From the NCBI GenBank assembly GCA_051294375.1, contig JBJCIZ010000769.1, forward strand, positions 1 to 7,204: a stretch of 7,204 nt of DNA, given 5' to 3'. Positions within the stretch are counted from its first letter, which is position 1, and every line of letters starts with the position of its first letter. Both the position numbers and the translations under genes were made by a program. Below, piece by piece: positions 1 through 7,204 of this stretch. Under the pieces are notes generated by a model, which ran no database searches, was not told where the DNA came from, and saw nothing but the letters and a program-made list of their open reading frames with translations. Origin of the DNA: Paraspadella gotoi (lineage: Eukaryota > Animalia > Chaetognatha).

Positions 1-295
1 GCCTGCTGTAATTTCGCTAATCAAATTATCCGCTTTGACACACTAATCTTTTATTATTTATACTAAAACGGGAAAATTTAAGTTTACAGACAACAATTTT
101 TTATATTTTATCTATTTATATCATTTGATTACACCCTGATGTTATTGATTTTTTTGAATAATTGATTTTGACTCATACTAGTTAGAATTAAAGTTATTGA
201 TTGATTGATTGACTCATGTAATTGAATTCTTTGGTTACTTGATCCGGACTCATAATGCTATCACTGCTATGAGATTGATTTCTCGATTGATTCCT

Positions 296-349
296 ACTAT
301 TAAGCCTTAATAGTCAATAATCAAAAACCTTAATTTAAGGTTTTTGATT
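296..349. repeat. Two adjacent perfect inverted repeats with 1-nt spacers
   Basis: ACTATTAAG-c-CTTAATAGT (296-314) and AATCAAAAACCTTAA-t-TTAAGGTTTTTGATT (319-349). Confidence 0.9.
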
Positions 350-526
350 CTAATAAAGGCAATTTTGAATAAAAAACAAAGTCAGGGGCAAGATAGCTTA
401 TTTAATAAATGAATGGATAATTTTTATATTGGTTGTACCAATTTCACAAAACAATTCTTTGAGAGCTGTAAATCGATTTACAAAAAATCTGTACTGTAGA
501 TGTTTTTACCTTCTCAATAATCGCCT

Positions 527-530
<4 letters not shown>

Positions 531-560
<30 letters not shown>
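531..560. repeat. (GA)n microsatellite running into an N-gap
   Basis: 15 perfect GA units directly visible. Confidence 0.97.
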
Positions 561-850
561 NNNNNNNNNNNNNNNNNNNNNNNNNNNNNNNNNNNNNNNN
601 NNNNNNNNNNNNNNNNNNNNNNNNNNNNNNNNNNNNNNNNNNNNNNNNNNNNNNNNNNNNNNNNNNNNNNNNNNNNNNNNNNNNNNNNNNNNNNNNNNNN
701 NNNNNNNNNNNNNNNNNNNNNNNGCAGACTGAATTCTAACTCATTAGAGACAACAACGACGACAACCATACCAAACCAATGGCTGCGCCATTACATGTAA
801 ATCGCTTGCAAGGGTTTAAACTGAACTGTTATGGTACAAACAAATAATTG

Positions 851-973
851 TTTCATCATTTTTTCAACTTGCATAATTTTTCAACTTTCATCATTTTTGT
901 AATTTTCATCGTTTTTTCAACTTTCATCATTTTTTCAACTTGCAACATTTTTTCGACTTGCATCATTTTTCAC
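851..973. repeat. 18-bp minisatellite, 7 copies, consensus TTKCATCATTTTTTCAAC
   Basis: Units start at 851, 869, 886, 904, 922, 940 and 958 (16-18 bp each). Confidence 0.9.
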
Positions 974-1447
974 TTTAATTAAATAATTAATCAATTAATT
1001 AATTAAAGAAAATATTTATATGAGNNNNNNNNNNNNNNNNNNNNNNNNNNNNNNNNNNNNNNNNNNNNNNNNNNNNNNNNNNNNNNNNNNNNNNNNNNNN
1101 NNNNNNNNNNNNNNNNNNNNNNNNNNNNNNNNNNNNNNNNNNNNNNNNNNNNNNNNNNNNNNNNNNNNNNNNNNNNNNNNNNNNNNNNNNNNNNNNNNNN
1201 NNNNNNNNNNNNNNNNNNNNNNNNNNNNNNNNNNNNNNNNNNNNNNNNNNNNNNNNNNNNNNNNNNNNNNNNNNNNNNNNNNNNNNNNNNNNNNNNNNNN
1301 NNNNNNNNNNNNNNNNNNNNNNNNNNNNNNNNNNNNNNNNNNNNNNNNNNNNNNNNNNNNNNNNNNNNNNNNNNNNNNNNNNNNNNNNNNNNNNNNNNNN
1401 NNNNNNNNNNNNNNNNNNNNNNNNNNNNNNNNNNNNNNNNNNNNNNN

Positions 1448-2080
1448 AGTGAGCATAAATGATAAAATTTCAACTCCTCGATTCTATCGAAACTTTATAT
1501 TCTGCTCAATCACACAATTTCCTATCCCCGCACAAAAATTCATCTCATTCTATCGAGTAATTATGGGTTAAAATTAGTAAAAAGATTCATGTAAATGTGA
1601 CTTATATTTTTTCTATTTAAACTCATTTCCACTTGCGCGATTCCATTGAAACTTTATATCCAGCTTCGTCACACACTTTCGCACCCACACACAAAATCTC
1701 ATCTCAATCTATCCATCCAATTTTTATTTATTAGAGTTATTATGGGTTAAAACTGGTAAGAAGATTTTAATAAATGTGACTTATGTTTTTTCCTTTTAAA
1801 CTCATTTCCACTCGCACGATTCCCTCGAAACTTTAAATCCATCTCAATCACACACTTTCCTAACCACATACAAAATTTCATTTTAATCCAACCATCCAAT
1901 CACGAGTAATTGTAGGTTTTTGCTAAGGAGGGACGTAAACTCAGACAGACGGACAGACGGACGGACGGACATTTTACATAATTTATCATAATTTGATATT
2001 CTGATATGATAAAAATGACCGACGGACCGACAAAGTGAATTATAGAGTCGGAATCTGCTGAAAAGCAGATCCGACTAAAA
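1448..2080 (-). mobile_element. DINE-1/HINE-like (Helentron-associated) non-autonomous element, copy 1; far end lost in the N-gap
   Basis: On the minus strand it shows a T-tract, a terminal hairpin (2046-2076), a core block shared with 4239-4430, a (CCGT/CTGT)n microsatellite (1942-1971) and internal tandem repeats. This is the order of parts known from DINE-1/HINE elements. The family call rests on architecture, not on a database match. Confidence 0.72.
1466..1912. repeat. Diverged tandem repeat, unit about 160-179 bp, about 2.5 copies, inside element copy 1
   Basis: GAAACTTTA recurs at 1489, 1648 and 1827; TTATGGGTTAAAA at 1561 and 1740; AAACTCATTTCCACT at 1619 and 1798. Confidence 0.9.
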
Positions 2081-2652
2081 ACTCACTAAAAGGGTTTAAC
2101 TGGTTTACTTATGAGTGTTGCTAATTTACTTGTTTCGCTATTTAAAGTTTAAGATTTTAAATTTTTAATATATATTATTTTGTTTTTTATATTTATTATG
2201 TTTTATATATATATATANNNNNNNNNNNNNNTTAACTTTTTTATGATTACCTAAACAAATAACTATTTAACTCCTCTTCCGGAAATAGAGGAACCTTCTA
2301 CTTAACCTAAGGTTATATCACTTTCTGCTCTAGTTTTCTAAATAGATATCATACTTCATATCTTATTATTTTATTATTTTTGTTCAAGACACCGTCTCTA
2401 ATTTTGTAGTAGAATTTCAGACCTAACACAATATTTTCGGCTTGTCGTCTCAAATTCGATCAGTAGTCACAGTCAAGTCGTAGAAATCGAAATCTAGTTC
2501 GGCAACTTTTTACGAGATCCCCGTTGGAAAATTCCATTTTTTCAATCAAACCTGTTTTTTCTCTCACGAATTTTTTCTCGACAGATTGCGCTTGTGCATA
2601 GAAGAAATCCGGCTATTGTAGCGTTTTTTTTTTCTAATTCAAAGATAATAAG

Positions 2653-2751
2653 ATGGCGACTTCTCTGCTTCTTAGCGCAACGGAATTAAAAAATATGATG
2701 GAGGAGCCCGAAATTGATTGTGTCATTTTACAAGCGTCTTATGAAGCGGAG
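2653..2751 (+). CDS. Rhodanese/sulfurtransferase (TST/MPST-like), coding exon 1
   Basis: ATG in strong context (aagATGGCG) with an in-frame TAA upstream at 2635. Encodes MATSLLLSATELKNMMEEPEIDCVILQASYEAE, resembling the TST/MPST N-terminus (LVS..WL.E...LRVLDASW). Ends at donor GAG|GTTTGT in phase 0, matching exon 2. Confidence 0.85.
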
Positions 2752-2943
2752 GTTTGTAGTAATCTTGTATTGACTTGCCTCCTACACCAATAGCTTATGA
2801 ACGGTTGGTGGATTTTAGTCCACCATAGCATTCTTTTTACTTGAGCGATGAGAAAAGACTATAATAATGACAGATTAAGATCAATTCTTCAATATAAATA
2901 AATGCAACTCAAAATTCTTTGTACAATTTACAATACAAATATA

Positions 2944-3723
2944 TACTATCTAGGAAAAAAGTATATAACATTTTTCATAAAAGATATCTACTCGAAAACT
3001 TATTTAATTTAAAAAAAAATTAGAATGTTTCCAAATCTATATTGTATTTCTTTTAAGAAAAAGGGTCATGATAAATCATTTAGACAGATAAAAACAAAAA
3101 AGACGAAAAAAAGAAGACTTTGTGAATTGCTTAAGAAAAAGGTTCATTCAAATCAACTTCAAAATATGCTAAAATGTATTCACTGCATCCACTGACTCTA
3201 TATCATGAGTATAATCTCGAAGACNNNNNNNNNNNNNNNNNNNNNNNNNNNNTTTTTTTTGTAGGTCAAATCGTTTAAAAGTTTCAGGCAAAAAAATATT
3301 GTTACTTCAAATAAAAAATAGCCGAAAAAAATATATTTAATTTTTTACCATTTTTGGTACTTAGTTATTTGTTTTTATTTTAAATAGTTAGTTATTTTTT
3401 AAATATTTTTTTAATTTGGCAATGCTTAAGGCCTTGACCTTTTTCTGGTTCAAAAAAGTATTATTATAGCTCTCAGAAAAGAGGGAAAGATGCGTAACAT
3501 TAATATTGGGGCTGCGCGGAATTGCGTTAAAGCTCTCCAAAAACATTTCACTGTCATACCTCAATTTGCTGTATAAGAGCATACCCAGACAAAAGCAGGC
3601 AGTAGTTGATGCCGAAAAAGGGTATACCAAATATTGAGAATGTCATCATGATGTTTTACCCATGTTTTATATACTTTTTATTGAATAAATGAATTATGTC
3701 ATATACTTTTTTCCTAGATAGTA
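2944..3723 (+). mobile_element. Internally deleted, non-autonomous Tc1/mariner-superfamily DNA transposon in intron 1
   Basis: Inverted repeat 2937-2971 / 3696-3730 matches at 34 of 35 nt (core TACTATCTAGGAAAAAAGTATATRACAT). Flanking TA dinucleotides at 2942-2943 and 3724-3725 fit a TA target-site duplication. A transposase C-terminal remnant lies just inside the right repeat. The exact ends are uncertain by about 2 nt because of the TATATA context. Confidence 0.9.
3470..3637 (+). pseudogene. Degenerate Tc1-like transposase C-terminus
   Basis: The frame reads ...LSKNISLSYLNLLYKSIPRQKQAVVDAEKGYTKY*, matching the Tc1-family C-terminal pattern W..I......L..SMP.R..AV..A.G..TKY*. An AATAAA (3684-3689) and the right inverted repeat follow. 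No DDE core or SPDLNPIE motif is visible. Confidence 0.82.
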
Positions 3724-3825
3724 TATATTTAATTTTATTGTGTTCACCTGACTTCACAAATATAAAGTTTCTTATAGAGTTGCGAGCATTTGCGGCGCAA
3801 CAAATACTTTTGTTTCCTTTGTTAG

Positions 3826-3968
3826 GGAAAGAAATGGTTCGAGAAAGAAAGAATTCCTGGGACTCATCATTTCGACTTGGAAGTTTGTTGCAATAAGGAT
3901 TCTAGTTTTTCTTTTGCTCTTCCATCGTCAGAGCAATTCCGCGATTACGTCGTAAAATTTGGCATAAG
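3826..3968 (+). CDS. Rhodanese/sulfurtransferase (TST/MPST-like), coding exon 2
   Basis: Acceptor ttttgtttcctttgttAG and donor AG|GTAACT (phase 2). Encodes GKKWFEKERIPGTHHFDLEVCCNKDSSFSFALPSSEQFRDYVVKFGI, which aligns without gaps to the remembered MPST segment [43 protein letters not shown]. Confidence 0.93.
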
Positions 3969-4061
3969 GTAACTGGATTCTATAGCTTTTGGTCAAAATT
4001 AAATTTTTAAATCTATAACTTGGCTAATATACTAATACTGATATCACTGTCATTGACTAAG

Positions 4062-4194
4062 GAACTCTACTCGCGTGGTGGTGTATGATGCACAGTCAGT
4101 CACCACAGCCGCTGGCCGAGTTTGGTGGATGTTTAAAATATTTGGCAACGAAAACGTTTCCATACTAAATGGAGGTTTGGTTGGATGGAAGCAG
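4062..4194 (+). CDS. Rhodanese/sulfurtransferase (TST/MPST-like), coding exon 3
   Basis: Follows a 93-bp intron (3969-4061, acceptor ctaAG); the split codon AG|G gives Arg. Encodes NSTRVVVYDAQSVTTAAGRVWWMFKIFGNENVSILNGGLVGWKQ with the hallmark VVVYD...RVWWMF..FG...VS.LNGG...W motif. Donor CAG|GTAACT, phase 0. Confidence 0.96.
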
Positions 4195-4234
4195 GTAACT
4201 AATAGAGAAACCATCGTTGACAAATGAGCTTCAA

Positions 4235-4670
4235 TTTTAGCCGGATCTGCTTACAGCAAATTCCGGCTCTATAATTCACTTTGACGGTCCGTTAGTCCGC
4301 CCCCCCAATCTTGTCGGGCATTTACTTATATCATGTCAGAACATCAAATTATGATAAATTATACAAAAAAAATAATGTCCGTTCGTTCGTCCGTCTGTCT
4401 GTCCCACCTTAGCAAAAAATACCAATTACTCGTGATTTGATGGATAGATTGGAATGAAATTTTGTGTGTGGGTAGGAAAGGATTGAGCTGGAAATCAAGT
4501 TTCAATAGAATCGTTCGAGTGAAAATAACGAAAAAATATATTTCACTATATGAACGCCAATTACGGGGTGATTGATTTTAAAGTTTGTATGTGGCTAGGA
4601 AAGTGTGTGATTGAGCAGAAAATAAATTTTTGATGGAATCGTCCTAGTGGAAATGAGTTTAAATAAAAAA
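4235..4670 (+). mobile_element. DINE-1/HINE-like element, copy 2 (inverted relative to copy 1), in intron 3
   Basis: Starts TTTT-AGCCGGATCTGCT-tac-AGCAAATTCCGGCT-CTATAATTCACTTTG, a reverse-complement match to 2032-2080. It shares the block ATCAAATTATGATAAATTAT, has a GTCC/GTCT microsatellite at 4376-4404 and two partly deleted copies of the tandem unit (to about 4670). No 3' terminus was recognised. Confidence 0.75.
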
Positions 4671-4740
4671 AAACAAAAAACCTGTTTCACTAATCGATTA
4701 TGCTTCTTTTTCTTTTTATATTAAATGTAAATGCAAGATG

Positions 4741-4974
4741 TATTAATTAATCAAATAATTAATTAGTTAATTAATCAATTAGTCAATTAATTAATAAATA
4801 AATAATTAATTAATCAATTATTCAATCAATCAATTTATTTAGTTATCAATTAATTAATTATTCAATAATCAATTTATTTATAAATTAATTAATTATTTAA
4901 TCAATCAATCAATTAATTTATTAATTAAATTAGTATTTTAGTTTATATAGTTTGTATTAATTAATTAATTAATC
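4741..4974. repeat. Extremely AT-rich low-complexity tract of TTAA/TCAA tetramers
   Basis: Degenerate (TTAA)n/(TCAA)n over about 230 bp. A shorter similar tract lies at 974-1006. Confidence 0.85.
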
Positions 4975-5434
4975 ACCGCTAATGATCGTTTGTTTAAATA
5001 AAAACTACTATGAATAACGATTGATTTTTATAAAAATGTAATGTATTACATAAACAATGTATCTCGTTATCAAGTTCCATTAGTGAGGCAGTGAGACAGT
5101 TGAAATGTGTGCTAATTTTATTTGTTTCATATTGATTCAAATATTTTTTGTTTGAATTTCCACTTCATTATTATTTATTGCAATATGCAAATTAGAATAT
5201 GGTACTTTTTTATAAATATTCTTTGATAGTAACGTCTGGCGAGATCACTATATTTTTAAGATTTTTTTATTTGAAAACTTGCTTCATCTAGACAAATTTT
5301 TATAAAATCCTAAAGCCGAAATCCTTCCTATAAATGGAAAAGCTATTCCATGGACAGACTTACGACATTCTTGGTTTTCGGTACCGTATCTAATTTGTCT
5401 CAACTATTTTTATTTTTTTCTTGTTCTAAACAAG

Positions 5435-5569
5435 AACGGCTTCCAAACAGAAACTGGAACTCAAAACAGCGTGAAAGTCGATCCTGGTGAATTTTCCGTC
5501 ACCTTTCGCCCAGAGTTAGTTTGTGACTATGAAGACGTTAAAGCGAATTGCGATAAAAAAAAATTTCAG
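5435..5569 (+). CDS. Rhodanese/sulfurtransferase (TST/MPST-like), coding exon 4 (interdomain linker and start of domain 2); gene incomplete at the 3' end
   Basis: T-rich tract plus caAG acceptor; donor CAG|GTAAAA, phase 0. Encodes NGFQTETGTQNSVKVDPGEFSVTFRPELVCDYEDVKANCDKKKFQ, matching MPST-like P.EF.A.L....IKTYEDIKENLESRRFQ. Exons 1-4 total 510 nt, or 170 open codons. Confidence 0.92.
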
Positions 5570-6204
5570 GTAAAAACATTACAAATTAAATATATATGCA
5601 TATACTAGATGTGACTTAATTAAAAAACTGAATGCTAAAAAAATACTTTGATTCCCATAAAGGGAAGGAACAATCATTAATTAGAAGAAATTGGAGGAAT
5701 TTCTTTAACATAAAATATACAATGTGATAATGATAATGAATATGCAGAGAAAAGGCAGGTAGAAAACAATAAAAATGGTCCATGAGAATTAGGTGTTACT
5801 TGATAATCCATTCTCTGCGATGATACGATCCAAAACGGTACGTGTATTAGGATGGAGCGGTGAAATGCTTTAGACATGTTACAATATTTATTTGGTACCT
5901 CTATATATGTAAGTGATAAAGTTGAATTCTATTTTTGAGCACAACAATAACAGAAATTAAGTTTTCTTTGTAGTAATATCTTTATAAAATTATAAAATTT
6001 TAAAATTATTTGTTTTTGTAAAGTAAACTTTTAAGAAAAGATTCCGATTCGCGAGAAAACATTAAGAAACTTTTGTAAAATATGTCTAACGAAAATTGGT
6101 TTTTGAGGCAACAACGATTTTATTTTAAAAACAGACATATTTCGACTCTCATGCGAGTCTTCATCAGCGCATTGGTAGTTTGTGAAATTTCATAACAGAT
6201 TATG

Positions 6205-6207
<3 letters not shown>

Positions 6208-6239
<32 letters not shown>
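6208..6239. repeat. (AG)n microsatellite
   Basis: 16 perfect AG units directly visible. Confidence 0.97.
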
Positions 6240-6242
<3 letters not shown>

Positions 6243-7112
6243 GAGAGAACATCCGCAACAACAAAATCTTCTTCCTGAATTGCTATTAAGGAAACCGGGG
6301 GAGCCGAGAGCCGGACGAGCAGAGTGACGCAAATCACGGGTTAATCATCACCGCCCGTTTCTAAAGGTCATATCCACAAGCTTATGCCCACACAAACGCC
6401 TTATCCACCAAATGCCTCCTCAAACCATTGCAGTTGGATCGTTCTTAGGCCTTTTCTGCTCGATTTTTTAGTTCTCGGGCCGTCGAGCAGGATCAGCGCT
6501 TCGCCAATCGACTGGCGCTGACAAGTTTTTTCCTATGCCTGACGTGAGACTTGCCCTGTTGAGAAGAACTGCTTTCTCGCGGCCTTCCGGCTTGTTCATT
6601 CCGCGACGGAATGTCAACCACTGTCGTCGAGTTTCATCTCCAACTAGACTTGCAGTCTTTGAGCAAGAATGAGAATATATAGACCCCTTCTCTTTCAGTG
6701 TGGAAGGGTTCTTGATTTATTTTTTAGCACCACAGATGGTAAAAGATGCGATGGTCTCTCAATAGAATATGTTATAAAGTATTTTAATTTTAAAGCACCA
6801 CCGAACACGCCGAAAAGCCGCCATATAATAGTTTCTACTACTACTATTTTTAGCACTGAAGACATGCTTTATATTTTTAGTCTAACTTTTTATGTGTAAT
6901 CTGAATCTTTAATAAAAAATTTAAAAAAAGTTATTTTGAAAATTTACTATTTTATAAGAATATTACAAATTATATTTTAATTTACTTAGATCCCCTCAGA
7001 GTAAGAGCAAAATATTTCTTGTACTACATAAATATATCACTCCACGTATCCAATAATGAATCATGGATAACTGTTTTATTAAAAAGATTTTGAAAGTTTT
7101 TCTATGTATAAT

Positions 7113-7160
7113 TGTATATATATGTATGTGTATATGTGTGTGTGTATATGTGTGTGTATA
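7113..7160. repeat. Compound (TA)/(TG) microsatellite
   Basis: Uninterrupted alternating T-purine run tgtatatatatgtatgtgtatatgtgtgtgtgtatatgtgtgtgtata. Confidence 0.9.
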
Positions 7161-7204
7161 ATATACGGAGCATAAATACAAGATATGATATATGACCTCT
7201 TGTG

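Noticed and set aside
851-973. 18-bp repeat as a coding repeat (VEKMMK on the minus strand) or a CRISPR array
   Set aside because: Units of 16-17 bp break the frame, there are no unique spacers and the context is eukaryotic.
429-1571. Long ORFs in the supplied track (429-800, 506-769, 1003-1473, 1016-1456, 1020-1571)
   Set aside because: They stay open only because they run through N-gaps and the (GA)n repeat.
810-2099. AAGGGTTTAA at 810 and 2090 as piggyBac-like ends or a target duplication
   Set aside because: The two are in direct rather than inverted orientation, do not match the AGGG-TTAA terminus exactly and are not flush with an element boundary.
2605-2633. AAATCCGGCT plus a small stem and T-run as a possible 3' end of the Helentron-like family
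   Set aside because: Only about 9-10 nt of similarity, and its position and orientation fit neither copy. The T-run is better explained as an acceptor or promoter tract.
3388-3630. 80-aa minus-strand ORF
   Set aside because: It is the antisense shadow of the + strand Tc1 transposase remnant.
3696-3896. 66-aa + strand ORF
   Set aside because: It starts in the transposon terminal repeat and overlaps exon 2 in the wrong frame.
5789-5869. Minus-strand peptide SISPLHPNTRTVLDRIIAENGLSSNT*, vaguely like a transposase C-terminus or a nested terminal exon
   Set aside because: Too short, with stops immediately upstream and no terminal repeat or pyrimidine tract to support it.
6289-6380. EPRAG and SKGHI peptides resembling rhodanese PEPR...GHIPG
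   Set aside because: They are in different frames with a stop codon between them, there is no preceding D(A/S)R motif and no usable splice sites; judged coincidental.
6669-6899. 76-aa ORF with GRVLDLFFS, reminiscent of a LINE endonuclease motif
   Set aside because: No SDH or other endonuclease motifs; a single short match in AT-rich DNA.

Overview
AT-rich eukaryotic genomic DNA, probably from an invertebrate animal (inferred from spliceosomal introns, microsatellites and transposon types), with four N-gaps (561-723, 1025-1447, 2218-2231, 3225-3251). None of the supplied ORFs appears to be a real gene. Manual translation reveals the 5' part of a spliced + strand gene for a tandem-domain rhodanese/sulfurtransferase (TST/MPST family). 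Four phase-compatible GT-AG exons (2653-2751, 3826-3968, 4062-4194, 5435-5569) encode 170 aa: the N-terminal rhodanese domain, the linker and the start of domain 2. The catalytic-Cys exons were not found and probably lie beyond the window. Intron 1 holds a ~780-bp deleted Tc1/mariner element with intact terminal inverted repeats. Two inverted copies of a DINE-1/Helentron-like non-autonomous element (1448-2080 and 4235-4670) bracket the upstream region and exons 1-3, and their terminal hairpins differ by a compensatory base-pair change. Other points of note are substitutions at conserved rhodanese positions, repeated AAG splice acceptors, an acceptor-like site just before the ATG and two adjacent perfect palindromes. 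I see no convincing evidence of a wholly new biological system.
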